64,000 nt of DNA, taken from the IMG/VR virus record IMGVR_UViG_3300028920_002946, positions 96,001 to 160,000 of that record. The stretch is one strand, 5' to 3'. This document shows, in pieces, positions 1 to 9,247 of the stretch. The DNA is from a virus. The position numbers and the translations under genes are program-made. Each line of letters begins with the position of its first letter. The stretch's first letter is position 1. The notes under the pieces were generated by a model that had not been told where the DNA came from, ran no database searches, and worked only from the letters and a program-made list of their open reading frames with translations.

Positions 1-2885
1 GTCGACGGATTCCGCACCTTGTTCAGGATCCCCGCCCACTTCAGGAGCTTCCTCGACTCCGATTTGGATGGCCTCCTGCCCGTTTCCACTATGATTTCGG
101 TGAAGAACCGCCGCGCGTCGCCGTCGGACGCCAGGCGCACCTTGCTGAGCGCCCTGACCGCGTCGGGCCCGACAGGCTCCCTTGAGAGCTTTCCGTCCAC
201 GTACCACAGGATTCCGAGCACGTCGTCCCTCGAGTACCCGTAGCGGGCCATGCGCCCCCAGTCCCGCAGGTTGGACATGATGAGCATGGCGTTCGCGAGC
301 CTCTCGCCTATCTCGCCCGACGCCTCCCTGAGCATCCTGGGGAACGAGGCCTCCTTGACGAGGTCGTCGTTCGAGGCGAGGTCGGACTCCGCCGGCCTCT
401 GGTCGGGCCTCGTGGCCGACTGGGCGCCGCCCTCCATGAGGTCGTGCCTTATCTCGTTGAGGACCGTGCGCTTGAGCATGTCCTTCACTTCCTTGGCGGT
501 CGCGTCCTGCGGGGGCTCCTCGACCTGCGGCTGCGGGGGCTGGTCGGGCGCCCCTCCCGGGGCCGCTCCGCCCAGTCCGGCGGCGTCCCCGCCGGGGGCC
601 GCGCCCTCCGCGGGCGGCGGCGCGTCCTCGCCGAGCGGCTTCTCCGCGTCGGCGGGGGCCTCCGGGAAGCGCGTGTCGTCCGTCGGCGCGGGGGGCGCGT
701 CGGCGGGCGGCGCCTCGGGCGCCGGGGCCGGGGCCGGATCCTGCGCCTCGATCTCGGTGACTATCTCGTTGGCCGCCTGCTCGGCGGCGGCCTTCACGTA
801 CATGCCGTCCGTCTTCACGAACTCCGGCACGGCGAATGCCTTGGTGAACTTCTCGGACAGGTCGAAGTCCGGCTCCACGAGGTTGCGGAGCACGGCCCCG
901 CCGAAGGCGGGCTTGCGGACCCAGCTCGCGTCGATGAACCTGCAGCTCTCGGGGTCCTCCACGCGCCCGCACAGCTCCGCGACGATGCGCCTGACACCGT
1001 TGGGGTCGTAGAAGAAGTTCCGCTTGAAGAAGCGCACGTGCTTGCAGGCCTTCGACTCGTCCTCGGCGATCTGCCCGCACTGGCTGCACTGCGAGTATTT
1101 TATCAGGCAGCCCATGCTGGTGGCGTTGTACTCGCCTGAGGTGATCTTGTTGATCAGATCCTCGTGCTTGCGGTTCGTGGCGATGAGGATGTCGACGTAG
1201 AGCGTAGTGAGGTCCTTGCCGTCCTTGTCCTTCACGAAGGGCACCTCACGCAAAGCGACGTCTATGACCTTGCCCTTAGCGAGCTCGGGTATCTGCACGT
1301 GTTCACAGTTATGCACCGCCACACCCTCGGCGATGTACGAATTATCGCCCTCGACCTCGATGTTATGCACGGTGAAGGAACCTTCGACAGGCCCCACTCC
1401 TTCGATTTTGGACAGAAGCCACGACCCGTCATCATTGGAGAATTTGTACGTGAACCTGTTGTCCCTCTTGCCGAACATCAACGAGGAAGAATCACCCGCG
1501 GCGGCATCCAGGGCCTTGGAATCGCGACAGGAGTACCTAATCATGTACCCGGGACGGGATTTCTTTCCTGTCTCCGGATCCGTATACACATCATACCCAT
1601 CGACAACATTGCACTCAGCGTATCGACCCAAGACACCCGTTTCCTTGTAGGTCGGCAACAGCCCCAAACGCCATGAAATCCACATGAATTGCTGCACAAG
1701 CTGGCGCGACTTCAACTCCATGATGTACCCGCGAGACTTGAGCACCCCGCACCCATCACCGGAAATGCAGGATCTCAAAATCCTCGTTTGCAAACCCTTC
1801 GGAAGCCACATGGCCTCCTCAGGTAGCTTTTTGGCCCACGCATACTCGCCGCACCATTTCTTGAAGAAATCAGCCACGACCTTATTGCTAACACACAACG
1901 TGTAACTTCCGCTGTGCGTCTCACGCACGCGAGGCGAACACCCGGTCCTGAAGCCCTCCCCGAACTCTTTTTCCAACAGATCCTTCAGCATCACGGCGAC
2001 GTCGTACTCGTCATTTCCAAGGGCAAAGCAAACCCCGGACTCCTCGTCGGAGGAGTTGTTCGTCCGCATGTAGAAACCCTCGGCGAGGAACCAACCTATT
2101 AGAGTCGCGCGATTCTCGTTGACCTCCTCGTTCGGCACCTCAAGATCTGAGACAGGATGCGTCAGAAAATCGCGATCAGGGTCAATGCAGCCCGCGTCCT
2201 TCCAAGATCCGGATATCCCACATGGAAAGCTTTCCCCAGCGGCTTTGTGCACGCCCACCGAAAAACCAAGCCACTTATCGAGGCGGCAGAAGTCCTTGTC
2301 CTTGTCAAAGCGGTTCGGCCGGCCTGTCTTGGGACACGTCTTCCGTGCGCTGTACACCCAAAATGGGTGGTTAGCAGTAACGAAAAGGCTCCTCGACATA
2401 ATCGCGCGCGACTTGATTTCCACCAAATCATTTGCCTCATGCACAAATGTTCTCAACACGGCTGCTGGCTTTCCAAGCCTGTTGATCACCTTGTCACCGA
2501 CTTGTATCTCATCTATTGGCTTGTACGTTCCATCGGACATTAGCACGCGCGTACCAGCCGTGAAACAGTAGTTGTTCGCGCCCAAGAAGGACTTGTAGCA
2601 GGCGCGGAGCATGTCGCGCTCCCACGAGTCCCCGTTGTTGTTCACGAAGACGGAGTACTCGGGCTTGATCAGGTAGTTGGACTTGGGATCCTCGGGGTCG
2701 GCGCGGTCGGTGTCGACGGAGGCGATGATGGTCACGTGGCTGAGCAGCCACTGCGACGGGTCATAGGTGGCGATGACATTCTTGGCCACCTTGATCCTTC
2801 CCGCCGGGACCACCTTGTCGACCCACTTGCCGGGGTCGACCATCGCCGTCGTGACGGCAGCGTGTCCGTATTTCAACATCGCCAT
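1..2885 (-). CDS. Prohead (capsid maturation) protease precursor with intein; 3' end truncated by window edge
   Basis: Hand translation from ATG 2885 (MAMLKYGH...) stays open to position 1, so the ORF track misses it. After intein removal: FLGANNY-CEHVQIPELAKGK (His) and later YNATSMGC (Ser), the His/Ser layout of HK97-type prohead proteases; followed by a Pro/Ala/Glu-rich linker. Lies downstream of portal in the head module. Confidence 0.72.
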   Translation of the reverse strand, partial: MAMLKYGHAAVTTAMVDPGKWVDKVVPAGRIKVAKNVIATYDPSQWLLSHVTIIASVDTDRADPEDPKSNYLIKPEYSVFVNNNGDSWERDMLRACYKSFLGANNYCFTAGTRVLMSDGTYKPIDEIQVGDKVINRLGKPAAVLRTFVHEANDLVEIKSRAIMSRSLFVTANHPFWVYSARKTCPKTGRPNRFDKDKDFCRLDKWLGFSVGVHKAAGESFPCGISGSWKDAGCIDPDRDFLTHPVSDLEVPNEEVNENRATLIGWFLAEGFYMRTNNSSDEESGVCFALGNDEYDVAVMLKDLLEKEFGEGFRTGCSPRVRETHSGSYTLCVSNKVVADFFKKWCGEYAWAKKLPEEAMWLPKGLQTRILRSCISGDGCGVLKSRGYIMELKSRQLVQQFMWISWRLGLLPTYKETGVLGRYAECNVVDGYDVYTDPETGKKSRPGYMIRYSCRDSKALDAAAGDSSSLMFGKRDNRFTYKFSNDDGSWLLSKIEGVGPVEGSFTVHNIEVEGDNSYIAEGVAVHNCEHVQIPELAKGKVIDVALREVPFVKDKDGKDLTTLYVDILIATNRKHEDLINKITSGEYNATSMGCLIKYSQCSQCGQIAEDESKACKHVRFFKRNFFYDPNGVRRIVAELCGRVEDPESCRFIDASWVRKPAFGGAVLRNLVEPDFDLSEKFTKAFAVPEFVKTDGMYVKAAAEQAANEIVTEIEAQDPAPAPAPEAPPADAPPAPTDDTRFPEAPADAEKPLGEDAPPPAEGAAPGGDAAGLGGAAPGGAPDQPPQPQVEEPPQDATAKEVKDMLKRTVLNEIRHDLMEGGAQSATRPDQRPAESDLASNDDLVKEASFPRMLREASGEIGERLANAMLIMSNLRDWGRMARYGYSRDDVLGILWYVDGKLSREPVGPDAVRALSKVRLASDGDARRFFTEIIVETGRRPSKSESRKLLKWAGILNKVRNPS
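1308..2567 (-). mobile_element. Intein (420 aa) with LAGLIDADG homing endonuclease in the protease gene
   Basis: Starts CFTAGTRVLMSDG, block B VTANHPF, LAGLIDADG motifs LIGWFLAEG and SCISGDG, ends GVAVHN followed by Cys+1; visibly AT-richer than its flanks. Confidence 0.92.
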
Positions 2886-2888
2886 ACG

Positions 2889-3680
2889 CTACTTCCCCTT
2901 GCGCATCCTGTCCCATGCCGCCTGCGGCATGGCCTTGAGGCCATGGTCGTTGGCGTATTCGACGAGTTCCTCGTGCCATTTCCCCGGGTTTCGGCCGAGG
3001 AAGCCGCTCTCGGACATGTCGTCCACCTCGTCGTCCCACCACTGTATGATGGAGTTGCCGGTCTTCTTGTCGTCCAGCCCAACGAATTTGCGGTCGCGCT
3101 CGAACCACTTGTCGAAGGTGGTGTTGTAGGTGTCCCATTTCTGGGGGCCGGCGGCCGCGTACACCCTCCTCACGGCGCCGCGCAGGAACGCGTCGGAGCA
3201 GCGGGAGGCGTATTTGGGGTAGATCTCCTGGTAGGCGCGGGCGTCGTTCATCCCCTCGCCCATGCAGGAGAGGACGTCGGAGGCGAGGTCGCCCACGACA
3301 TCGGAGGCGAACTTCCTCGCTATGGCGGAGGCCATCCCCGCCAGTTCGTCTGACGCGCTCCTCATCGACAGGCCGCGCAGGTTCTGCTTGAGCGTGCCGT
3401 ACGAGTCGCCCGACCGCCCCTTGTCGTAGCTGTCGTACCCCGAGTCGCCCGTGAGCGCGGTCTGGCCCGTGAACCTCGTCACGAGTATGAGATCCTCCGG
3501 GGCCAGCCTCTGGTTGCCGCCCACCGGGAACTCGACATCGACCTTCTGTATGCCGGGGTGCACCTCGGTGACCACCCCCACGTAGGGGGACACGTGCGCC
3601 TCGCCTATGTACCAGCGCACCTGGTCGCCGGGCCTGAGGGCCTCGGGCGCCGCCGACGGGTTCGGGAAAAGTCCCGGCAT
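2889..3680 (-). CDS. Head-module hypothetical protein, N-terminal SH3/KOW-like segment
   Basis: 263-aa ORF packed between neighbours; LRPGDQVRW...GVVTEV...VDVEF pattern. Confidence 0.7.
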   Translation of the reverse strand: MPGLFPNPSAAPEALRPGDQVRWYIGEAHVSPYVGVVTEVHPGIQKVDVEFPVGGNQRLAPEDLILVTRFTGQTALTGDSGYDSYDKGRSGDSYGTLKQNLRGLSMRSASDELAGMASAIARKFASDVVGDLASDVLSCMGEGMNDARAYQEIYPKYASRCSDAFLRGAVRRVYAAAGPQKWDTYNTTFDKWFERDRKFVGLDDKKTGNSIIQWWDDEVDDMSESGFLGRNPGKWHEELVEYANDHGLKAMPQAAWDRMRKGK

Positions 3681-3698
3681 CTTGAAACCCCCTATGGG

Positions 3699-4847
3699 CT
3701 AGTCCCTCTTGACGGGGTACGGCAGCGACGCGGCGGTCTTGCCGACCACCCCGGCCACCTGCGTGGTCAGGTCGGTGTCGTACTCCTTCATGTACGGCTC
3801 GTCGGCGTCCTTCTCCGGCGCGCCGGCGTGGAAGGCCTTGCGCATGAAGTCCTCGTCGGGATCCGACTGCAGGACGGCCGCGTCCTTCTCGCCGCTCAGG
3901 TAGTCGGACACGCAGTCCAGCTGGAAGGCGATGCGGAACAGGTCGAGATCCTCCTTGTCGCGCGCCTCCTTCTCGACCATCTCGGCGATCTCGTCGATGG
4001 CGCCGACGACCGAGGCCTCAGCCGTCTCCGGCTCTTCCTTGGACTTTTCGGACTCCTTTGACTCGTCCTCCCCGGGCTCCTCGGGCTCCTTCCCGGACTC
4101 CTTCTTCGACATCTGGCACTCGTCGGTGCCGCCGAACGGGCCGGTGCCGTCGGGGACCCCGGGACCCTTCTTGGATCCGGCGAACTTCTCGCAGGCCTCG
4201 ACGTCGTCCCCGTCGCCTTCGTCGTCGAGCAGTACCTTCAGAGCGTCCAGCTTCTTGCTGAGACTCGCTGCCTCCTTGCGGAGAGCTTCCTTGTCCATCA
4301 TGGCCTCCTTGGGGGGTGCCGCCTCCTGCGGCGCCTTGCCCTTGGGTTGACCGCCACCGGCGCCTCCGCTGGTGACGGGTATTGATTCGATAAGGGTGTC
4401 TATGTCGGCCGCCTCCGCATCGTCGGAGGCCTCCTTCGACTTTTTGCCGCCGCCCTTCATGACATCCAGGATGAGCGCCTGGGTGCTGGCGCCGACGCGG
4501 TTCTGGTACATGCCGTCGCCCATGGACCACACGGCCTTCATCATGGCGTCCTGCATCGCCGCGTCGCTGTCGTACTTCTCCAGCAGCGGGTCGATTCTGG
4601 ACTTGGCCTCCTTGGCGATCTTGCGGATGTCATCGTCCGTCAGGTCGGCCTCGGTGCGCGGCATGATGACGGCGTCCTGCGGAAGGTCGCCTCTCGGCAC
4701 CCTCTCCTGGACGATGGTCTTGCCGTTCTCGTTGCGGAAGTAGCCCCGCGCGTTGCTGCGCACGTCGGGGTGCCGCTCGAGCACGCCCTCCAGCTTCTTC
4801 TCGGCGGGCTTGACCTCTTTCTTTTTCTTGGCTTTCTTGTCGGCCAT
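3699..4847 (-). CDS. Acidic/Lys-rich head-module protein (scaffold/internal-protein-like)
   Basis: 382-aa ORF, charged low-complexity composition, downstream of motif at 4902. Confidence 0.7.
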   Translation of the reverse strand: MADKKAKKKKEVKPAEKKLEGVLERHPDVRSNARGYFRNENGKTIVQERVPRGDLPQDAVIMPRTEADLTDDDIRKIAKEAKSRIDPLLEKYDSDAAMQDAMMKAVWSMGDGMYQNRVGASTQALILDVMKGGGKKSKEASDDAEAADIDTLIESIPVTSGGAGGGQPKGKAPQEAAPPKEAMMDKEALRKEAASLSKKLDALKVLLDDEGDGDDVEACEKFAGSKKGPGVPDGTGPFGGTDECQMSKKESGKEPEEPGEDESKESEKSKEEPETAEASVVGAIDEIAEMVEKEARDKEDLDLFRIAFQLDCVSDYLSGEKDAAVLQSDPDEDFMRKAFHAGAPEKDADEPYMKEYDTDLTTQVAGVVGKTAASLPYPVKRD

Positions 4848-4901
4848 AGTCGATCCTCGGCGCGCGGGGCGCGGCAGTCACGGTGTTCGACAACGCCACC
4901 G

Positions 4902-4917
4902 TATTAACAGAAAATTA
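4902..4917 (-). promoter_or_regulatory. Candidate late-promoter motif copy A (TAATTTTCTGTTAATA)
   Basis: AT-rich 16-mer in a GC-rich intergenic gap, 55 nt upstream of ATG 4847; related copies at 8085, 21065, 57048, 58932, 59703. Confidence 0.5.
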
Positions 4918-4929
4918 GAGTTTCCGGGA

Positions 4930-5226
4930 TCACTCGTCGTTCGGGCCGGCGAGAAAGCCGTCCAAAACCCTCTCGCGCGACGCGAACCTGGCGCTCTCGT
5001 AGAACTTGTACGTGGCGGCCTCCTCCATCTTGTTCTTGAAGACCTCCAGCCTCCCCCTGAGGGCCATCGCCTCCTTCTGCATCTCCACGAGCGGCTCGAG
5101 GAACTCCTCCCCGTAGTACTGCATCTGCACCTTGTCCGTGCTCGTGAAGTCGCTGAGGGACTTGATGACGTCCTCCATGATCGATATCTGCCTGGTGAGC
5201 TCGCGCGGCACTTTGTTTTTCGCCAT
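4930..5226 (-). CDS. Hypothetical coiled-coil protein
   Basis: 98-aa ORF preceded by GAGAGGGG RBS. Confidence 0.7.
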   Translation of the reverse strand: MAKNKVPRELTRQISIMEDVIKSLSDFTSTDKVQMQYYGEEFLEPLVEMQKEAMALRGRLEVFKNKMEEAATYKFYESARFASRERVLDGFLAGPNDE

Positions 5227-5230
5227 GTTG

Positions 5231-5596
5231 CTACGCCCCTCTCGTCTGCGGTTTCCGCTCGTTTATCCTGCCGGTGCCCCTGTATTCCTGCATATACCCG
5301 CGCATCAGCGGCTTGCGGGTGTCCGGGTTCCACTTCCGCCTGTGCGAGGGCTTGCGCCTCGGCGCCTTGATGTCGGGGGCGGCGGTCGTCCTGTGCTCCT
5401 CCGTCTGGCCCGTGGTTCGCGGGGCACCCGGCCCCCCGGGGGCCTCGACGGGGTCCCCGTCCCCCCGCGCCGGGTTTTCGGCATCAGGCTCCTCGATCGG
5501 ATCCCCGTTGATGTCCACCTTGTTCCGGAGGGCCTTCCTCCGGGGCTCCATCTCGGCGGCCGACCGCCTGAGGTAGTCGGAGACGCGGCTACGCAT
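5231..5596 (-). CDS. Hypothetical basic protein
   Basis: 121-aa ORF overlapping the portal stop, GGAGGAGG RBS. Confidence 0.65.
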   Translation of the reverse strand: MRSRVSDYLRRSAAEMEPRRKALRNKVDINGDPIEEPDAENPARGDGDPVEAPGGPGAPRTTGQTEEHRTTAAPDIKAPRRKPSHRRKWNPDTRKPLMRGYMQEYRGTGRINERKPQTRGA

Positions 5597-7535
5597 TCCT
5601 CCTCCTGATCTTTCCGCCGGTTTTGGGGTTGGCCTTCATCTTGTCGATCACCATATCCAGCTTCGAGGGGTCGGCCGTGAGCGTCCGTATGACGCTGTTC
5701 AGGGCCGCCTGCCTCTTCGGCGTCAGCCCCGCCGACGAGAACCTCCCCATCGGGCCGCCGAGCCCGCCCATGCCGCCCATGCCGCCCTCCTGGCCCGGCT
5801 GCGGCGGCACCTCGCTGAGATCCAGGTACTGCGCGATCCTCTGGAGGACGTCGTACCTCTCGACGGCGGCGTTGCCCGCGGCCTGGTAGACGCCCACCAT
5901 GAACTGGTTGAAGGCGGGGTCGTTCGTGGTGAACAGGTCGGCCTCGACCTTGCGGCGGGTCGATATCGGGTCGATGTTCATCATCTCGAGGATGATGTCC
6001 ACGGACACGCTGCCCTTGTTGAACAGCTGCATGGCCTGGTCGAAGAAGCTGTCGTTGTCCCTGATGGCCAGCCGCGTGAAGCTGAGCCGCGGGTACAGCA
6101 GGCGCTCGCGGCCGTACTTGTCCTTCTCGACGAAGCCCTTCTTCTTGGCGACGGGCTTGAACAGGTAGTTCTCGACGTACTCCTGCAGGGTCTCCCGGAA
6201 GAGGAGGTACTGCGTGTTGAGGATCTCGAGGGTCAGCCTGTTGCCCTGGTAGGTGGACTCGCCGGTCATCAGCTCGCGCGTGACGCCGAGCCCCGCGAAC
6301 AGGGCGTTCTCGCACTGCTCGTACTCGGCCGTCAGGTTCATGAGCCTGCCGTCCGACCCCTGCTCCTCCCAATGTATCTCGTAGTTGGCGATGATCGAGT
6401 AGTCGGGGTCGACCAGCGCGAGGTCCACCTGCTCCCGGAGGTCGTTCACGTCGGCCTCGGAGAGGTTCGGGGACCACACGATCCGGAACGGGGTCATGTG
6501 GCGGCTGGCGATGGACGTCTGCGCCTGGCGCAGCTTGTCCCAGAACAGCAGGGTGTTGACGCAGCGCTCGAGGATGGACACGCCGTACGTCTGGTAGGGG
6601 CTCTTCTGGTTGCACATGTGGTACACGTGCGAGCCGCTGTAGGGGTCGGTGTCCAGCGGTATGGCGCCGTTGTCCTGCAGCTTGTCGAGGATCTCGGGGG
6701 GCACGTCCGGCTTCGGGCCGAGCGGCTGCCTGCCGTCCTGCGTGAAGACGAAGTCGCTCTCCTGGGAGCGCAGTATCGCCTTGCGCGTCTCGGTGTCGGG
6801 CACGAACTCGATGTACGGCTCGTCCGAGAGCACCACCCTCTTGACCGTCACCTGGTCGGGCGGGAGGACGTAGAGCCGCTTCCAGCCCCTGTAGTTGGGG
6901 TCGCGGTCGATGACCCCGAATTCCTTGAAGAGCCTCTCGGACTCGAGGCGCCCCTTCTCCTTCAGCTCCCCGATGACGTCCTCGTTGTCGCTCTCGTAGG
7001 GGTTGTCCTCCTCAGCATACACAAAACAATTCCCGAGGAGATTCTTCTCGTGGCTGATATCGAGCAGGCTCTTGAACAGCTTGACCTCCTCGCACATCTC
7101 CTCGAAGAAGTCGAACATGTAGTCGATCTGCTCCTGGTTGGAGCCCTTGGGCTTCTCCAGGCGGATCTTCGACATGGGCATCATCGTGTGGAGGTCGATG
7201 GCCCTGCCCACGTACTCGTTCTGCTCGTAGAAGTGGCGGTACCAGGCCCTGCGCTCGCGGAGGTTCTGGGGCTTCTCGAGGAAGTCGGTCGACAGCTGCG
7301 GCGAGTAGAAGTTGCCGTACTGCGACATCGCGGTGCCGCCGGTGCCGTAGGCGTCGAACGCGGCCCTGCTGTGGAACCCGAAGGTCGTCGTGGCGTACTT
7401 GCGCACGGCGCGGGCCTGCCTCTCGCGGGCCGTCAGCTTGGTCGAGGCCTCCACCGAATCCGTCTCGGTGACCTTAATGGCCTTGTTCGCGGCCGTCTTG
7501 ACCACCCTCGTGCGCGGTCGCTTCTTGTTAGCCAT
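5589..7535 (-). CDS. Portal protein
   Basis: 648 aa; position between terminase and protease; portal-like features (YVGRAIDLH, YGVSILERC, ALFAGLGV, LRETLQEYVENYLFKPV). Confidence 0.72.
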   Translation of the reverse strand: MANKKRPRTRVVKTAANKAIKVTETDSVEASTKLTARERQARAVRKYATTTFGFHSRAAFDAYGTGGTAMSQYGNFYSPQLSTDFLEKPQNLRERRAWYRHFYEQNEYVGRAIDLHTMMPMSKIRLEKPKGSNQEQIDYMFDFFEEMCEEVKLFKSLLDISHEKNLLGNCFVYAEEDNPYESDNEDVIGELKEKGRLESERLFKEFGVIDRDPNYRGWKRLYVLPPDQVTVKRVVLSDEPYIEFVPDTETRKAILRSQESDFVFTQDGRQPLGPKPDVPPEILDKLQDNGAIPLDTDPYSGSHVYHMCNQKSPYQTYGVSILERCVNTLLFWDKLRQAQTSIASRHMTPFRIVWSPNLSEADVNDLREQVDLALVDPDYSIIANYEIHWEEQGSDGRLMNLTAEYEQCENALFAGLGVTRELMTGESTYQGNRLTLEILNTQYLLFRETLQEYVENYLFKPVAKKKGFVEKDKYGRERLLYPRLSFTRLAIRDNDSFFDQAMQLFNKGSVSVDIILEMMNIDPISTRRKVEADLFTTNDPAFNQFMVGVYQAAGNAAVERYDVLQRIAQYLDLSEVPPQPGQEGGMGGMGGLGGPMGRFSSAGLTPKRQAALNSVIRTLTADPSKLDMVIDKMKANPKTGGKIRRRNA

Positions 7536-7538
7536 GGC

Positions 7539-7832
7539 TTAGTTGCCCTCCTCCGCCAGTTCCTCGAAGTCGTACCCGGCGGCGGCCGAAACCCGGTTGG
7601 CGATTATGGCGCGGGCCCCGTTCGCGGCCGCGGCATCCTTCATCAGCGACCGTGAAAGGGTCTGGTAGTCGTCCAGGCCGACCGTGTTGCCGTCGGCCCT
7701 CGCGACCTCCTCGTGGTAGAGCCTCTTCACCTCGTTGCTCATCTCGGAGCACATCCCGCCGAGCTTCTGGAGGTCAGCCGCGACCCTCTTCTGGAGGCTT
7801 TGTATCTCGTCGCGCTTCCTGGTCAGGTTCAT
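7539..7832 (-). CDS. Hypothetical coiled-coil protein
   Basis: Start at MNLTRKRDE (ATG 7832) with GGAGG RBS. Confidence 0.65.
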   Translation of the reverse strand: MNLTRKRDEIQSLQKRVAADLQKLGGMCSEMSNEVKRLYHEEVARADGNTVGLDDYQTLSRSLMKDAAAANGARAIIANRVSAAAGYDFEELAEEGN

Positions 7833-8046
7833 TCTCGTCGCCCTCCGTGTCATCTCGATGTATATCCTTGAGGCGCCTCATGATGCGGCTGATCATGCCC
7901 CTGAGGGGCGACCTCTTCCGCCACTCCTTGAAGGCGCCCACGTTCCCGTAGTTGGCGGTCATCCACTCGCCGCCCGACTGGGGGTACCGCCGCTCGTAGT
8001 AGCCCACCCACGGCTGCAGTTCCTCGTTCCCAAGCTCTCCCGGCAT
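7774..8046 (-). CDS. Hypothetical protein (alternative start 8076)
   Basis: GGGGAG RBS before ATG 8046; normal composition; overlaps next gene by 59 nt. Confidence 0.55.
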   Translation of the reverse strand: MPGELGNEELQPWVGYYERRYPQSGGEWMTANYGNVGAFKEWRKRSPLRGMISRIMRRLKDIHRDDTEGDENEPDQEARRDTKPPEEGRG

Positions 8047-8084
8047 GGATCTCCCCCAAGGTGGTTCCGATGCCATGCTCGCGC

Positions 8085-8100
8085 TAATAGTAGTTTATTA
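8085..8100 (-). promoter_or_regulatory. Candidate late-promoter motif copy B (TAATAAACTACTATTA)
   Basis: Same motif family; heads the run of genes that includes portal; its TAA is also the RHH stop codon. Confidence 0.5.
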
Positions 8101-8286
8101 GGTCCCGCCGGCTTCGCTCGCCTCGGACGCCGCCGACTCCCCCTGGCTCCAGGAGACTTGGATAGGGCCGAGGTGGTCGTCGAGCACCCTCCGTATCAGT
8201 TCCGAAACGGAGATTCCGATCTTCCTGGCCTCCTTGGTCAGTTCCTCTATCTGCCTCTCGGTCAGGTGCACCAGCTTCGCCTTCAT
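8098..8286 (-). CDS. Ribbon-helix-helix (CopG/Arc/MetJ-like) DNA-binding protein
   Basis: MKAKLVHLTERQIEELTKEARKIGISVSELIRRVLDDHL is a typical RHH pattern; AGGAGG RBS before ATG 8286. Confidence 0.85.
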   Translation of the reverse strand: MKAKLVHLTERQIEELTKEARKIGISVSELIRRVLDDHLGPIQVSWSQGESAASEASEAGGT

Positions 8287-8292
8287 GCCCCC

Positions 8293-8326
8293 TCCTATAT
8301 CATCTGCATATCCATCGGATATAGGA
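8293..8326. promoter_or_regulatory. Inverted-repeat operator, probably for the RHH protein
   Basis: TCCTATATC-N16-GATATAGGA with an inner ATATCC-ATC-GGATAT palindrome; ATATC boxes at 8297, 8308, 8318; overlaps the RHH RBS. Confidence 0.6.
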
Positions 8327-8353
8327 AATTCACATGAAGAGATCATTCGAGGC

Positions 8354-8382
8354 TTGACGGCGGCGTTGTAAAAACGTATATT
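8354..8382 (+). promoter_or_regulatory. Sigma70-like promoter TTGACG-N17-TATATT
   Basis: Near-consensus boxes with 17-nt spacer, upstream of GGAGG RBS and ATG 8399. Confidence 0.75.
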
Positions 8383-8398
8383 ATGATTGGAGGGCGCC

Positions 8399-9103
8399 AT
8401 GATAGCTTTGGTGAAAGACGGATGGAACGCCCTGTGTCCAGCGCCGAACCGTTGGTATGTGGCAATGGAGTGCTACAAGCCACATTTCTGGTCGAAACCC
8501 GGCTGCTACGTGGTCTTGGCCACGGACTACGAGTTCGACATGCATCACTTCTCGGACGTGGACGGTGGCTGGGTCGTGCGCCTGGGGAGAGTGGTGGCGC
8601 CCTACGAGCGCCACTATCAGCATGGCGAACATGATCGGTTGAAAGCCCTGCTTGAGGCGATGCCGCCAGAGGACGTGGTCAAGGTGGCCCGGGACCACGA
8701 ATACGACGCGAGTCACATCAGGCAGTTCGCCGTGGAGGCCGCGGAGAGGCGCGGTTTCGGGGATCTCATGCGTGAGGCCGGCATATGGCCGCGCCGGGTC
8801 GAATGGGTCGTAGGCAGAGAGATATCGAGCATATTCCGGCGGAAGATCCCGTACATCGCGGACAAGAGGCTCGAATACTACGCGCGCCGCAGGATCGCGA
8901 TGAATCACGGGTCGATGTGGCTACCGCCTATCAACCAAGCGCTAAACGCGTCCAGGGGCCTCACGACAAGGGAAACGAGGCGGCGCGACAGCTGGACAGC
9001 GGACAACGTCGAACTCTACGAGCGCAAAGCCGTCAGGCGCGCCTTCCGATTGGGCCATTTCACCGGTTACAGGGCCTCGATCTCGGACGACTTGGGGTTC
9101 TGA
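8399..9103 (+). CDS. Hypothetical protein
   Basis: ORF with promoter and RBS; no family recognised. Confidence 0.65.
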   Translation: MIALVKDGWNALCPAPNRWYVAMECYKPHFWSKPGCYVVLATDYEFDMHHFSDVDGGWVVRLGRVVAPYERHYQHGEHDRLKALLEAMPPEDVVKVARDHEYDASHIRQFAVEAAERRGFGDLMREAGIWPRRVEWVVGREISSIFRRKIPYIADKRLEYYARRRIAMNHGSMWLPPINQALNASRGLTTRETRRRDSWTADNVELYERKAVRRAFRLGHFTGYRASISDDLGF

Positions 9104-9169
9104 AACGCGTTTGACAAGAGGATTCCACATACGCGCTCCAAGCCATAACCAACTTTTTTCAAAAAACTG

Positions 9170-9198
9170 TTGACAGAGGCTTTTGAAAAAAGTATATT
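9170..9198 (+). promoter_or_regulatory. Sigma70-like promoter TTGACA-N17-TATATT
   Basis: Consensus -35, 17-nt spacer, upstream of AGGAGG RBS and ATG 9248. Confidence 0.8.
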
Positions 9199-9247
9199 AG
9201 ACTGTGAGAGGAAGTGGGAGGCAATCAACCGAGAAGGAGGACTTCCC

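Noticed and set aside
500-760. GC-rich quasi-repeats (gccgggg/ggcggc)
   Set aside because: They encode the Pro/Ala/Glu linker of the protease; not an independent element.
4130-4170. PGVPDGTGP peptide resembling short xDGTGP motifs
   Set aside because: Single short match that I cannot assign to a family with confidence.
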